A DNA stretch of 64,000 nucleotides from Eledone cirrhosa (GCA_964016885.1 OZ024763.1:25048001-25112000), one strand, 5' to 3'. Counted from the stretch's first letter, positions 30,611 to 47,300 are shown. Numbers and translations are program-made. Notes: generated by a model not told the origin, from the sequence alone.

Positions 30611-33600
30611 AGTCCACTGTGTCCTTGAACAAGACACTTTATTTCACGTTACTCCAGTCCACTGTGTCCTTGAACAAGACACTTTATTTCACGTTACTCC
30701 AGTCCACTGTGTCCTTGAACAAGACACTTTATTTCACGTTACTCCAGTCCACTGTGTCCTTGAACAAGACACTTTATTTCACGTTACTCCAGTCCACTGT
30801 GTCCTTCAACAAGACACTTTATTTCACGTTACTCCAGTCCACTGTGTCCTTCAACAAGACACTTTATTTCACGTTACTCCAGTCCACTGTGTCCTTCAAC
30901 AAGACACTTTATTTCACGTTACTCCAGTCCACTGTGTCCTTCAACAAGACACTTTATTTCACGTTACTCCAGTCCACTGTGTCCTTCAACAAGACACTTT
31001 ATTTCACGTTACTCCAGTCCACTGTGTCCTTCAACAAGACACTTTATTTCACGTTACTCCAGTCCACTGTGTCCTTCAACAAGACACTTTATTTCACGTT
31101 ACTCCAGTCCACTGTGTCCTTCAACAAGACACTTTATTTCACGTTACTCCAGTCCACTGTGTCCTTCAACAAGACACTTTATTTCACGTTACTCCAGTCC
31201 ACTGTGTCCTTCAACAAGACACTTTATTTCACGTTACTCCAGTCCAGTATGTCCTTGAACAAGACACTTTATTTCACGTTACTCCAGTCCACTGTGTCCT
31301 TGAACAAGACACTTTATTTCACGTTACTCCAGTCCACTATGTCCTTCAACAAGACACTTTATTTCACGTTACTCCAGTCCACTATGTCCTTCAACAAGAC
31401 ACATTATTTCACGTTGCTCCAGTCCACTATGTCCTTCAACAAGACACTTTATTTCACGTTGCTCCAGTCCACTATGTCCTTCAACAAGACACTTTATTTC
31501 ACGTTACTCCAGTCCACTATGTCCTTCAACAAGACACTTTATTTCACGTTGCTCCAGTCCACTATGTCCTTCAACAAGACACTTTATTTCACGTTACTGC
31601 AGTCCAGTATGTCCTTGAACAAGACACTTTATTTCACGTTACTCCAGTCCACTATGTCCTTGAACAAGACACTTTATTTCACGTTACTCCAGTCCACTGT
31701 GTCCTTCAACAAGACACTTTATTTCACGTTGCTCCAGTCCACTGTGTCCTTGAACAAGACACTTTATTTCACGTTACTCCAGTCCACTGTGTCCTTCAAC
31801 AAGACACTTTATTTCACGTTGCTCCAGTCCACTGTGTCCTTGAACAAGACACTTTATTTCACGTTACTCCAGTCCACTGTGTCCTTGAACAAGACACTTT
31901 ATTACACGTTACTCCAGTCCACTGTGTCCTTGAACAAGACACTTTATTACACGTTACTCCAGTCCACTGTGTCCTTCAACAAGACACTTTATTACACGTT
32001 ACTCCAGTCCACTGTGTCCTTGAACAAGGCACTTTATTACACGTTACTCCAGTCCACTGTGTCCTTGAACAAGACACTTTATTTCACGTTACTCCAGTCC
32101 ACTGTGTCCTTCAACAAGACACTTTATTACACGTTACTCCAGTCCACTGTGTCCTTGAACAAGACACTTTATTACACGTTACTCCAGTCCACTGTGTCCT
32201 TCAACAAGACACTTTATTACACGTTACTCCAGTCCACTGTGTCCTTGAACAAGACACTTTATTACACGTTACTCCAGTCCACTGTGTCCTTGAACAAGAC
32301 ACTTTATTACACGTTACTCCAGTCCACTGTGTCCTTGAACAAGACACTTTATTTCACGTTACTCCAGTCCACTGTGTCCTTCAACAAGACACTTTATTTC
32401 ACGTTACTCCAGTCCACTGTGTCCTTCAACAAAACACTTTATTTCACGTTACTCCAGTCCACTGTGTCCTTCAACAAGACACTTTATTTCACGTTACTCC
32501 AGTCCACTGTGTCCTTCAACAAGACACTTTATTTCACGTTACTCCAGTCCAGTATGTCCTTGAACAAGACACTTTTTTTCACGTTACTCCAGTCCACGTT
32601 GTCCTTGAGCAAGACACTTTATTTCACGTTACTCCAGTCCAGTATGTCCTTCAACAAGACACTTTATTTCACGTTACTCCAGTCCACTGTGTCCTTCAAC
32701 AAGACACTTTATTTCACGTTACTCCAGTCCACTGTGTCCTTGAACAAGACACTTTATTTCACGTTACTCCAGTCCACTGTGTCCTTCAACAAGACACTTT
32801 ATTTCACGTTGCTCCAGTCCACTGTGTCCTTGAACAAGACACTTTATTTCACGTTGCTCCAGTCCACTGTGTCCTTGAACAAGACACTTTATTTCACGTT
32901 GCTGCAGTCCAGTATGTCCTTCAACATGACACTTTATTTCACGTTACTCCAGTCCACTATGTCCTTCAACAAGACACTTTATTTCACGTTACTCCAGTCC
33001 ACTGTGTCCTTCAACAAGACACTTTATTTCACGTTACTCCAGTCCACTGTGTCCTTCAACAAGACACTTTATTTCACGTTACTCCAGTCCACTGTGTCCT
33101 TCAACAAGACACTTTATTTCACGTTACTCCAGTCCACTGTGTCCTTCAACAAGACACTTTATTTCACGTTACTCCAGTCCACTGTGTCCTTCAACAAGAC
33201 ACTTTATTTCACGTTACTCCAGTCCACTGTGTCCTTCAACAAGACACTTTATTTCACGTTACTCCAGTCCACTGTGTCCTTCAACAAGACACTTTATTTC
33301 ACGTTACTCCAGTCCAGTATGTCCTTGAACAAGACACTTTATTTCACGTTACTCCAGTCCACTGTGTCCTTGAACAAGACACTTTATTTCACGTTACTCC
33401 AGTCCACTATGTCCTTCAACAAGACACTTTATTTCACGTTACTCCAGTCCACTATGTCCTTCAACAAGACACATTATTTCACGTTGCTCCAGTCCACTAT
33501 GTCCTTCAACAAGACACTTTATTTCACGTTGCTCCAGTCCACTATGTCCTTCAACAAGACACTTTATTTCACGTTACTCCAGTCCACTATGTCCTTCAAC

Positions 33601-34299
33601 AAGACACTTTATTTCACGTTGCTCCAGTCCACTATGTCCTTCAACAAGACACTTTATTTCACGTTACTGCAGTCCAGTATGTCCTTGAACAAGACACTTT
33701 ATTTCACGTTACTCCAGTCCACTATGTCCTTGAACAAGACACTTTATTTCACGTTACTCCAGTCCACTGTGTCCTTCAACAAGACACTTTATTTCACGTT
33801 GCTCCAGTCCACTGTGTCCTTGAACAAGACACTTTATTTCACGTTATTCCAGTCCACTGTGTCCTTCAACAAGACACTTTATTTCACGTTGCTCCAGTCC
33901 ACTGTGTCCTTGAACAAGACACTTTATTTCACGTTACTCCAGTCCACTGTGTCCTTGAACAAGACACTTTATTACACGTTACTCCAGTCCACTGTGTCCT
34001 TGAACAAGACACTTTATTACACGTTACTCCAGTCCACTGTGTCCTTCAACAAGACACTTTATTACACGTTACTCCAGTCCACTGTGTCCTTGAACAAGGC
34101 ACTTTATTACACGTTACTCCAGTCCACTGTGTCCTTGAACAAGACACTTTATTACACGTTACTCCAGTCCACTGTGTCCTTGAACAAGACACTTTATTAC
34201 ACGTTACTCCAGTCCACTGTGTCCTTGAACAAGACACTTTATTTCACGTTACTCCAGTCCACTGTGTCCTTCAACAAGACACTTTATTACACGTTACTC

Positions 34300-37200
34300 C
34301 AGTCCACTGTGTCCTTGAACAAGACACTTTATTACACGTTACTCCAGTCCACTGTGTCCTTGAACAAGACACTTTATTACACGTTACTCCAGTCCACTGT
34401 GTCCTTGAACAAGACACTTTATTACACGTTACTCCAGTCCACTGTGTCCTTGAACAAGACACTTTATTACACGTTACTCCAGTCCACTGTGTCCTTGAAC
34501 AAGACACTTTATTACACGTTACTCCAGTCCACTGTGTCCTTGAACAAGACACTTTATTACACGTTACTCCAGTCCACTGTGTCCTTGAACAAGACACTTT
34601 ATTACACGTTACTCCAGTCCACTGTGTCCTTGAACAAGACACTTTATTACACGTTACTCCAGTCCACTGTGTCCTTGAACAAGACACTTTATTACACGTT
34701 ACTCCAGTCCACTGTGTCCTTGAACAAGACACTTTATTACACGTTACTCCAGTCCACTGTGTCCTTGAACAAGACACTTTATTACACGTTACTCCAGTCC
34801 ACTGTGTCCTTGAACAAGACACTTTATTACACGTTACTCCAGTCCACATACTGTCCTTGAACAAGACACTTTATTACACGTTACTCCAGTCCACTGTGTC
34901 CTTGAACAAGACACTTTATTACACGTTACTCCAGTCCACTGTGTCCTTGAACAAGACACTTTATTTCACGTTACTCCAGTCCACTGTGTCCTTCAACAAG
35001 ACACTTTATTTCACGTTGCTCCAGTCCACTGTGTCCTTGAACAAGACACTTTATTTCACGTTGCTCCAGTCCACTGTGTCCTTGAACAAGACACTTTATT
35101 TCACGTTGCTGCAGTCCAGTATGTCCTTCAACATGACACTTTATTTCACGTTACTCCAGTCCACTATGTCCTTCAACAAGACACTTTATTTCACGTTACT
35201 CCAGTCCACTGTGTCCTTCAACAAGACACTTTATTTCACGTTACTCCAGTCCACTGTGTCCTTCAACAAGACACTTTATTTCACGTTACTCCAGTCCACT
35301 GTGTCCTTCAACAAGACACTTTATTTCACGTTACTCCAGTCCACTGTGTCCTTCAACAAGACACTTTATTTCACGTTACTCCAGTCCACTGTGTCCTTCA
35401 ACAAGACACTTTATTTCACGTTACTCCAGTCCACTGTGTCCTTCAACAAGACACTTTATTTCACGTTACTCCAGTCCACTGTGTCCTTCAACAAGACACT
35501 TTATTTCACGTTACTCCAGTCCAGTATGTCCTTGAACAAGACACTTTATTTCACGTTACTCCAGTCCACTGTGTCCTTGAACAAGACACTTTATTTCACG
35601 TTACTCCAGTCCACTATGTCCTTCAACAAGACACTTTATTTCACGTTACTCCAGTCCACTATGTCCTTCAACAAGACACATTATTTCACGTTGCTCCAGT
35701 CCACTATGTCCTTCAACAAGACACTTTATTTCACGTTGCTCCAGTCCACTATGTCCTTCAACAAGACACTTTATTTCACGTTACTCCAGTCCACTATGTC
35801 CTTCAACAAGACACTTTATTTCACGTTGCTCCAGTCCACTATGTCCTTCAACAAGACACTTTATTTCACGTTACTGCAGTCCAGTATGTCCTTGAACAAG
35901 ACACTTTATTTCACGTTACTCCAGTCCACTATGTCCTTGAACAAGACACTTTATTTCACGTTACTCCAGTCCACTGTGTCCTTCAACAAGACACTTTATT
36001 TCACGTTGCTCCAGTCCACTGTGTCCTTGAACAAGACACTTTATTTCACGTTATTCCAGTCCACTGTGTCCTTCAACAAGACACTTTATTTCACGTTGCT
36101 CCAGTCCACTGTGTCCTTGAACAAGACACTTTATTTCACGTTACTCCAGTCCACTGTGTCCTTGAACAAGACACTTTATTACACGTTACTCCAGTCCACT
36201 GTGTCCTTGAACAAGACACTTTATTACACGTTACTCCAGTCCACTGTGTCCTTCAACAAGACACTTTATTACACGTTACTCCAGTCCACTGTGTCCTTGA
36301 ACAAGGCACTTTATTACACGTTACTCCAGTCCACTGTGTCCTTGAACAAGACACTTTATTACACGTTACTCCAGTCCACTGTGTCCTTGAACAAGACACT
36401 TTATTACACGTTACTCCAGTCCACTGTGTCCTTGAACAAGACACTTTATTTCACGTTACTCCAGTCCACTGTGTCCTTCAACAAGACACTTTATTACACG
36501 TTACTCCAGTCCACTGTGTCCTTGAACAAGACACTTTATTACACGTTACTCCAGTCCACTGTGTCCTTGAACAAGACACTTTATTACACGTTACTCCAGT
36601 CCACTGTGTCCTTGAACAAGACACTTTATTACACGTTACTCCAGTCCACTGTGTCCTTGAACAAGACACTTTATTTCACGTTACTCCAGTCCACTGTGTC
36701 CTTCAACAAGACACTTTATTACACGTTACTCCAGTCCACTGTGTCCTTGAACAAGACACTTTATTACACGTTACTCCAGTCCACTGTGTCCTTGAACAAG
36801 ACACTTTATTTCACGTTACTCCAGTCCACTGTGTCCTTCAACAAGACACTTTATTTCACGTTACTCCAGTCCACTATGTCCTTCAACAAGACACTTTATT
36901 TCACGTTACTCCAGTCCACTATGTCCTTCAACAAGACACTTTATTTCACGTTGCTCCAGTCCACTATGTCCTTCAACAAGACACTTTATTTCACGTTGCT
37001 CCAGTCCACTATGTCCTTCAACAAGACACTTTATTTCACGTTACTCCAGTCCACTATGTCCTTCAACAAGACACTTTATTTCACGTTGCTCCAGTCCACT
37101 ATGTCCTTCAACAAGACACTTTATTTCACGTTACTGCAGTCCAGTATGTCCTTGAACAAGACACTTTATTTCACGTTACTCCAGTCCACTATATCCTTGA

Positions 37201-40200
37201 ACAAGACACTTTATTTCACGTTACTCCAGTCCACTGTGTCCTTCAACAAGACACTTTATTTCACGTTGCTCCAGTCCACTGTGTCCTTGAACAAGACACT
37301 TTATTTCACGTTACTCCAGTCCACTGTGTCCTTCAACAAGACACTTTATTTCACGTTGCTCCAGTCCACTGTGTCCTTGAACAAGACACTTTATTTCACG
37401 TTACTCCAGTCCACTGTGTCCTTGAACAAGACACTTTATTACACGTTACTCCAGTCCACTGTGTCCTTGAACAAGACACTTTATTACACGTTACTCCAGT
37501 CCACTGTGTCCTTCAACAAGACACTTTATTACACGTTACTCCAGTCCACTGTGTCCTTGAACAAGACACTTTATTACACGTTACTCCAGTCCACTGTGTC
37601 CTTGAACAAGACACTTTATTTCACGTTACTCCAGTCCACTGTGTCCTTGAACAAGACACTTTATTACACGTTACTCCAGTCCACTGTGTCCTTGAACAAG
37701 ACACTTTATTTCACGATACTCCAGTCCACTGTGTCCTTCAACAAGACACTTTATTACACGTTACTCCAGTCCACTGTGTCCTTGAACAAGACACTTTATT
37801 ACACGTTACTCCAGTCCACTGTGTCCTTCAACAAGACACTTTATTACACGTTACTCCAGTCCACTGTGTCCTTGAACAAGACACTTTATTACACGTTACT
37901 CCAGTCCACTGTGTCCTTGAACAAGACACTTTATTACACGTTACTCCAGTCCACTGTGTCCTTCAACAAGACACTTTATTACACGTTACTCCAGTCCACT
38001 GTGTCCTTGAACAAGACACTTTATTTCACGTTACTCCAGTCCACTGTGTCCTTGAACAAGACACTTTATTACACGTTACTCCAGTCCACTGTGTCCTTGA
38101 ACAAGACACTTTATTACACGTTACTCCAGTCCACTGTGTCCTTGAACAAGACACTTTATTTCACGTTACTCCAGTCCACTGTGTCCTTCAACAAGACACT
38201 TTATTACACGTTACTCCAGTCCACTGTGTCCTTGAACAAGACACTTTATTACACGTTACTCCAGTCCACTGTGTCCTTCAACAAGACACTTTATTACACG
38301 TTACTCCAGTCCACTGTGTCCTTGAACAAGACACTTTATTACACGTTACTCCAGTCCACTGTGTCCTTGAACAAGACACTTTATTACACGTTACTCCAGT
38401 CCACTGTGTCCTTGAACAAGACACTTTATTACACGTTACTCCAGTCCACTGTGTCCTTGAACAAGACACTTTATTACACGTTACTCCAGTCCACTGTGTC
38501 CTTGAACAAGACACTTTATTACACGTTACTCCAGTCCACTGTGTCCTTGAACAAGACACTTTATTACACGTTACTCCAGTCCACTGTGTCCTTGAACAAG
38601 ACACTTTATTACACGTTACTCCAGTCCACTGTGTCCTTGAACAAGACACTTTATTACACGTTACTCCAGTCCACTGTGTCCTTGAACAAGACACTTTATT
38701 ACACGTTACTCCAGTCCACTGTGTCCTTGAACAAGACACTTTATTACACGTTACTCCAGTCCACTGTGTCCTTGAACAAGACACTTTATTACACGTTACT
38801 CCAGTCCACTGTGTCCTTGAACAAGACACTTTATTACACGTTACTCCAGTCCACTGTGTCCTTGAACAAGACACTTTATTACACGTTACTCCAGTCCACT
38901 GTGTCCTTGAACAAGACACTTTATTTCACGTTACTCCAGTCCACTGTGTCCTTCAACAAGACACTTTATTTCACGTTACTCCAGTCCACTATGTCCTTGA
39001 ACAAGACACTTTATTACACGTTACTCCAGTCCACTATGTCCTTGAACAAGACACTTTATTTCACGTTACTCCAGTCCACTATGTCCTTGAACAAGACACT
39101 TTATTTCACGTTACTCCAGTCCACTATGTCCTTCAGCAAGACACTTTATTTCACGTTACTCCAGTCCACTGTGTCCTTGAGCAAGACACTTTATTTCACG
39201 TTACTCCAGTCCACTGTGTCCTTCAACAAGACACTTTATTTCACGTTACTCCAGTCCACCGTGTCCTTGAGCAAGACACTTTATTACACGTTACTCCAGT
39301 CCACTGTGTCCTTGAACAAGACACTTTATTACACGTTACTCCAGTCCACTGTGTCCTTGAACAAGACACTTTATTACACGTTACTCCAGTCCACTGTGTC
39401 CTTGAACAAGACACTTTATTACACGTTACTCCAGTCCACTGTGTCCTTGAACAAGACACTTTATTACACGTTACTCCAGTCCACTGTGTCCTTGAACAAG
39501 ACACTTTATTACACGTTACTCCAGTCCACTGTGTCCTTGAACAAGACACTTTATTACACGTTACTCCAGTCCACTGTGTCCTTGAACAAGACACTTTATT
39601 ACACGTTACTCCAGTCCACTGTGTCCTTGAACAAGACACTTTATTACACGTTACTCCAGTCCACTGTGTCCTTGAACAAGACACTTTATTACACGTTACT
39701 CCAGTCCACTGTGTCCTTGAACAAGACACTTTATTACACGTTACTCCAGTCCACTGTGTCCTTGAACAAGACACTTTATTACACGTTACTCCAGTCCACT
39801 GTGTCCTTGAACAAGACACTTTATTACACGTTACTCCAGTCCACTGTGTCCTTGAACAAGACACTTTATTACACGTTACTCCAGTCCACTGTGTCCTTGA
39901 ACAAGACACTTTATTACACGTTACTCCAGTCCACATACTGTCCTTGAACAAGACACTTTATTACACGTTACTCCAGTCCACTGTGTCCTTGAACAAGACA
40001 CTTTATTACACGTTACTCCAGTCCACTGTGTCCTTGAACAAGACACTTTATTTCACGTTACTCCAGTCCACTGTGTCCTTCAACAAGACACTTTATTTCA
40101 CGTTGCTCCAGTCCACTGTGTCCTTGAACAAGACACTTTATTTCACGTTGCTCCAGTCCACTGTGTCCTTGAACAAGACACTTTATTTCACGTTGCTGCA

Positions 40201-43200
40201 GTCCAGTATGTCCTTCAACATGACACTTTATTTCACGTTACTCCAGTCCACTATGTCCTTCAACAAGACACTTTATTTCACGTTACTCCAGTCCACTGTG
40301 TCCTTCAACAAGACACTTTATTTCACGTTACTCCAGTCCACTGTGTCCTTCAACAAGACACTTTATTTCACGTTACTCCAGTCCACTGTGTCCTTCAACA
40401 AGACACTTTATTTCACGTTACTCCAGTCCACTGTGTCCTTCAACAAGACACTTTATTTCACGTTACTCCAGTCCACTGTGTCCTTCAACAAGACACTTTA
40501 TTTCACGTTACTCCAGTCCACTGTGTCCTTCAACAAGACACTTTATTTCACGTTACTCCAGTCCACTGTGTCCTTCAACAAGACACTTTATTTCACGTTA
40601 CTCCAGTCCAGTATGTCCTTGAACAAGACACTTTATTTCACGTTACTCCAGTCCACTGTGTCCTTGAACAAGACACTTTATTTCACGTTACTCCAGTCCA
40701 CTATGTCCTTCAACAAGACACTTTATTTCACGTTACTCCAGTCCACTATGTCCTTCAACAAGACACATTATTTCACGTTGCTCCAGTCCACTATGTCCTT
40801 CAACAAGACACTTTATTTCACGTTGCTCCAGTCCACTATGTCCTTCAACAAGACACTTTATTTCACGTTACTCCAGTCCACTATGTCCTTCAACAAGACA
40901 CTTTATTTCACGTTGCTCCAGTCCACTATGTCCTTCAACAAGACACTTTATTTCACGTTACTGCAGTCCAGTATGTCCTTGAACAAGACACTTTATTTCA
41001 CGTTACTCCAGTCCACTATGTCCTTGAACAAGACACTTTATTTCACGTTACTCCAGTCCACTGTGTCCTTAAACAAGACACTTTATTTCACGTTGCTCCA
41101 GTCCACTGTGTCCTTGAACAAGACACTTTATTTCACGTTATTCCAGTCCACTGTGTCCTTCAACAAGACACTTTATTTCACGTTGCTCCAGTCCACTGTG
41201 TCCTTGAACAAGACACTTTATTTCACGTTACTCCAGTCCACTGTGTCCTTGAACAAGACACTTTATTACACGTTACTCCAGTCCACTGTGTCCTTGAACA
41301 AGACACTTTATTACACGTTACTCCAGTCCACTGTGTCCTTCAACAAGACACTTTATTACACGTTACTCCAGTCCACTGTGTCCTTGAACAAGGCACTTTA
41401 TTACACGTTACTCCAGTCCACTGTGTCCTTCAACAAGACACTTTATTACACGTTACTCCAGTCCACTGTGTCCTTGAACAAGACACTTTATTACACGTTA
41501 CTCCAGTCCACTGTGTCCTTGAACAAGACACTTTATTTCACGTTACTCCAGTCCACTGTGTCCTTCAACAAGACACTTTATTACACGTTACTCCAGTCCA
41601 CTGTGTCCTTGAACAAGACACTTTATTACACGTTACTCCAGTCCACTGTGTCCTTGAACAAGACACTTTATTACACGTTACTCCAGTCCACTGTGTCCTT
41701 GAACAAGACACTTTATTACACGTTACTCCAGTCCACTGTGTCCTTGAACAAGACACTTTATTTCACGTTACTCCAGTCCACTGTGTCCTTCAACAAGACA
41801 CTTTATTACACGTTACTCCAGTCCACTGTGTCCTTGAACAAGACACTTTATTACACGTTACTCCAGTCCACTGTGTCCTTGAACAAGACACTTTATTTCA
41901 CGTTACTCCAGTCCACTGTGTCCTTCAACAAGACACTTTATTTCACGTTACTCCAGTCCACTATGTCCTTCAACAAGACACTTTATTTCACGTTACTCCA
42001 GTCCACTATGTCCTTCAACAAGACACTTTATTTCACGTTGCTCCAGTCCACTATGTCCTTCAACAAGACACTTTATTTCACGTTGCTCCAGTCCACTATG
42101 TCCTTCAACAAGACACTTTATTTCACGTTACTCCAGTCCACTATGTCCTTCAACAAGACACTTTATTTCACGTTGCTCCAGTCCACTATGTCCTTCAACA
42201 AGACACTTTATTTCACGTTACTGCAGTCCAGTATGTCCTTGAACAAGACACTTTATTTCACGTTACTCCAGTCCACTATATCCTTGAACAAGACACTTTA
42301 TTTCACGTTACTCCAGTCCACTGTGTCCTTCAACAAGACACTTTATTTCACGTTGCTCCAGTCCACTGTGTCCTTGAACAAGACACTTTATTTCACGTTA
42401 CTCCAGTCCACTGTGTCCTTCAACAAGACACTTTATTTCACGTTGCTCCAGTCCACTGTGTCCTTGAACAAGACACTTTATTTCACGTTACTCCAGTCCA
42501 CTGTGTCCTTGAACAAGACACTTTATTACACGTTACTCCAGTCCACTGTGTCCTTGAACAAGACACTTTATTACACGTTACTCCAGTCCACTGTGTCCTT
42601 CAACAAGACACTTTATTACACGTTACTCCAGTCCACTGTGTCCTTGAACAAGACACTTTATTACACGTTACTCCAGTCCACTGTGTCCTTGAACAAGACA
42701 CTTTATTTCACGTTACTCCAGTCCACTGTGTCCTTGAACAAGACACTTTATTACACGTTACTCCAGTCCACTGTGTCCTTGAACAAGACACTTTATTTCA
42801 CGATACTCCAGTCCACTGTGTCCTTCAACAAGACACTTTATTACACGTTACTCCAGTCCACTGTGTCCTTGAACAAGACACTTTATTACACGTTACTCCA
42901 GTCCACTGTGTCCTTCAACAAGACACTTTATTACACGTTACTCCAGTCCACTGTGTCCTTGAACAAGACACTTTATTACACGTTACTCCAGTCCACTGTG
43001 TCCTTGAACAAGACACTTTATTACACGTTACTCCAGTCCACTGTGTCCTTCAACAAGACACTTTATTACACGTTACTCCAGTCCACTGTGTCCTTGAACA
43101 AGACACTTTATTTCACGTTACTCCAGTCCACTGTGTCCTTGAACAAGACACTTTATTACACGTTACTCCAGTCCACTGTGTCCTTGAACAAGACACTTTA

Positions 43201-44370
43201 TTACACGTTACTCCAGTCCACTGTGTCCTTGAACAAGACACTTTATTTCACGTTACTCCAGTCCACTGTGTCCTTCAACAAGACACTTTATTACACGTTA
43301 CTCCAGTCCACTGTGTCCTTGAACAAGACACTTTATTACACGTTACTCCAGTCCACTGTGTCCTTCAACAAGACACTTTATTACACGTTACTCCAGTCCA
43401 CTGTGTCCTTGAACAAGACACTTTATTACACGTTACTCCAGTCCACTGTGTCCTTGAACAAGACACTTTATTACACGTTACTCCAGTCCACTGTGTCCTT
43501 GAACAAGACACTTTATTACACGTTACTCCAGTCCACTGTGTCCTTGAACAAGACACTTTATTACACGTTACTCCAGTCCACTGTGTCCTTGAACAAGACA
43601 CTTTATTACACGTTACTCCAGTCCACTGTGTCCTTGAACAAGACACTTTATTACACGTTACTCCAGTCCACTGTGTCCTTGAACAAGACACTTTATTACA
43701 CGTTACTCCAGTCCACTGTGTCCTTGAACAAGACACTTTATTACACGTTACTCCAGTCCACTGTGTCCTTGAACAAGACACTTTATTACACGTTACTCCA
43801 GTCCACTGTGTCCTTGAACAAGACACTTTATTACACGTTACTCCAGTCCACTGTGTCCTTGAACAAGACACTTTATTACACGTTACTCCAGTCCACTGTG
43901 TCCTTGAACAAGACACTTTATTACACGTTACTCCAGTCCACTGTGTCCTTGAACAAGACACTTTATTACACGTTACTCCAGTCCACTGTGTCCTTGAACA
44001 AGACACTTTATTTCACGTTACTCCAGTCCACTGTGTCCTTCAACAAGACACTTTATTTCACGTTACTCCAGTCCACTATGTCCTTGAACAAGACACTTTA
44101 TTACACGTTACTCCAGTCCACTATGTCCTTGAACAAGACACTTTATTTCACGTTACTCCAGTCCACTATGTCCTTGAACAAGACACTTTATTTCACGTTA
44201 CTCCAGTCCACTATGTCCTTCAGCAAGACACTTTATTTCACGTTACTCCAGTCCACTGTGTCCTTGAGCAAGACACTTTATTTCACGTTACTCCAGTCCA
44301 CTGTGTCCTTCAACAAGACACTTTATTTCACGTTACTCCAGTCCACCGTGTCCTTGAGCAAGACACTTTA
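34300..44370. repeat. Higher-order tandem duplication in the satellite, period 5,087 bp (113 monomers plus 2 bp)
   Basis: The 2-bp insertion monomer CCACATACTGTCC occurs at ~34,845 and ~39,932. ACTATATCC (~37,190/~42,277) and CACGATACT (~37,712/~42,799) share the same offset, as do ORF-track pairs 34857/39944 and 38278/43365. Confidence 0.9.
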
Positions 44371-47300
44371 TTTCACGTTGCTCCAGTCCACTATGTCCTT
44401 CAGCAAGACACTTTATTTCACGTTACTCCAGTCCACCGTGTCCTTGAGCAAGACACTTTATTTCACGTTGCTCCAGTCCACTATGTCCTTCAACAAGACA
44501 CTTTATTTCACGTTACTCCAGTCCAGTATGTCCTTCAACAAGACACTTTATTTCACGTTACTCCAGTCCAGTATGTCCTTCAACAAGACACTTTATTTCA
44601 CGTTACTCCAGTCCAGTATGTCCTTCAACAAGACACTTTATTTCACGTTACTCCAGTCCACTATGTCGTTCAACAAGACACTTTATTTCACGTTACTCCA
44701 GTCCACTATGTCCTTCAACAAGACACTTTATTTCACGTTACTCCAGTCCACTGTGTCCTTGAACAAGACACTTTATTTCACGTTACTCCAGTCCACTGTG
44801 TCCTTCAACAAGACACTTTATTTCACGTTACTCCAGTCCACTGTGTCCTTCAACAAGACACTTTATTTCACGTTACTCCAGTCCACTGTGTCCTTGAACA
44901 AGACACTTTATTTCACGTTACTCCAGTCCACTGTGTCCTTGAACAAGACACTTTATTTCACGTTACTCCAGTCCACTATGTCCTTCAACAAGACACTTTA
45001 TTTCACGTTACTCCAGTCCAGTATGTCCTTCAACAAGACACTTTATTTCACGTTACTCCAGTCCAGTATGTCCTTCAACAAGACACTTTATTTCACGTTA
45101 CTCCAGTCCACTATGTCCTTCAACAAGACACTTTATTTCACGTTACTCCAGTCCACTATGTCCTTCAACAAGACACTTTATTTCACGTTACTCCAGTCCA
45201 CTGTGTCCTTGAACAAGACACTTTATTTCACGTTACTCCAGTCCACTGTGTCCTTCAACAAGACACTTTATTTCACGTTACTCCAGTCCACTGTGTCCTT
45301 CAACAAGACACTTTATTTCACGTTACTCCAGTCCACTGTGTCCTTGAACAAGACACTTTATTTCACGTTACTCCAGTCCACTGTGTCCTTCAACAAGACA
45401 CTTTATTTCACGTTACTCCAGTCCAGTATGTCCTTGAACAAGACACTTTATTACACGTTGCTCCAGTCCACTGTGTCCTTCAACAAGACACTTTAATTCA
45501 CGTTACTCCAGTCCACTATGTCCTTGAACAAGACACTTTATTTCACGTTACTCCAGTCCACTATGTCCTTCAACAAGACACTTTATTTCACGTTACTCCA
45601 GTCCACTGTGTCCTTGAACAAGACACTTTATTTCACGTTACTCCAGTCCACTGTGTCCTTCAACAAGACACTTTATTTCACGTTACTCCAGTCCACTGTG
45701 TCCTTCAACAAGACACTTTATTTCACGTTACTCCAGTCCACTGTGTCCTTGAACAAGACACTTTATTTCACGTTACTCCAGTCCACTGTGTCCTTCAACA
45801 AGACACTTTATTTCACGTTACTCCAGTCCACTGTGTCCTTCAACAAGACACTTTATTTCACGTTACTCCAGTCCACTATGTCCTTCAACAAGACACTTTA
45901 TTTCACGTTACTCCAGTCCACTATGTCCTTCAACAAGACACTTTATTTCACGTTACTCCAGTCCACTGTGTCCTTCAACAAGACACTTTATTTCACGTTA
46001 CTCCAGTCCACTATGTCCTTCAACAAGACACTTTATTTCACGTTACTCCAGTCCACTATGTCCTTCAACAAGACACTTTATTTCACGTTACTCCAGTCCA
46101 CTATGTCCTTCAACAAGACACTTTATTTCACGTTACTCCAGTCCACTATGTCCTTCAACAAGACACTTTATTTCACGTTACTCCAGTCCACTGTATCCTT
46201 GAACAAGACACTTTATTTCACGTTACTCCAGTCCACTATGTCCTTGAACAAGACACTTTATTACACGTTACTCCAGTCCACTGTGTCCTTCAACAAGACA
46301 CTTTATTTCACGTTACTCCAGTCCACTGTGTCCTTCAACAAGACACTTTATTTCACGTTACTCCAGTCCAGTATGTCCTTGAACAAGACACTTTATTTCA
46401 CGTTACTCCAGTCCACTGTGTCCTTCAACAAGACACTTTATTTCACGTTACTCCAGTCCACTATGTCCTTCAACAAGACACTTTATTTCACGTTACTCCA
46501 GTCCACTATGTCCTTCAACAAGACACTTTATTTCACGTTACTCCAGTCCACTGTATCCTTGAACAAGACACTTTATTTCACGTTACTCCAGTCCACTGTG
46601 TCCTTCAACAAGACACTTTATTTCACGTTACTCCAGTCCACTGTGTCCTTCAACAAGACACTTTATTTCACGTTACTCCAGTCCAGTATGTCCTTGAACA
46701 AGACACTTTATTTCACGTTACTCCAGTCCACTGTGTCCTTCAACAAGACACTTTAATTCACGTTACTCCAGTCCACTATGTCCTTGAACAAGACACTTTA
46801 TTTCACGTTACTCCAGTCCACTGTGTCCTTCAACAAGACACTTTATTTCACGTTGCTCCAGTCCACTGTGTCCTTCAACAAGACACTTTATTTCACGTTA
46901 CTCCAGTCCACTGTGTCCTTCAACAAGACACTTTATTTCACGTTGCTCCAGTCCACTGTGTCCTTCAACAAGACACTTTATTTCACGTTACTCCAGTCCA
47001 CTGTGTCCTTCAACAAGACACTTTATTTCACGTTGCTCCAGTCCACTGTGTCCTTCAACAAGACACTTTATTTCACGTTGCTCCAGTCCACTGTGTCCTT
47101 CAACAAGACACTTTATTTCACGTTACTCCAGTCCACTATGTCCTTCAGCAAGTCACTTTATTTCACGTTGCTGCAGTCCACTATGTCCTTGAACAAGACA
47201 CTTTATTTCACGTTGCTCCAGTCCACTGTGTCCTTCAACAAGACACTTTATTTCACGTTACTCCAGTCCACTGTGTCCTTGAACAAGACACTTTATTTCA

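Noticed and set aside
1153-44006. Minus-strand Cys-rich ORFs (SCSRTQWTGVTCNKV repeats)
   Set aside because: They only mark runs of the TTATTACACG/TTG monomer variant that lack minus-strand stops.
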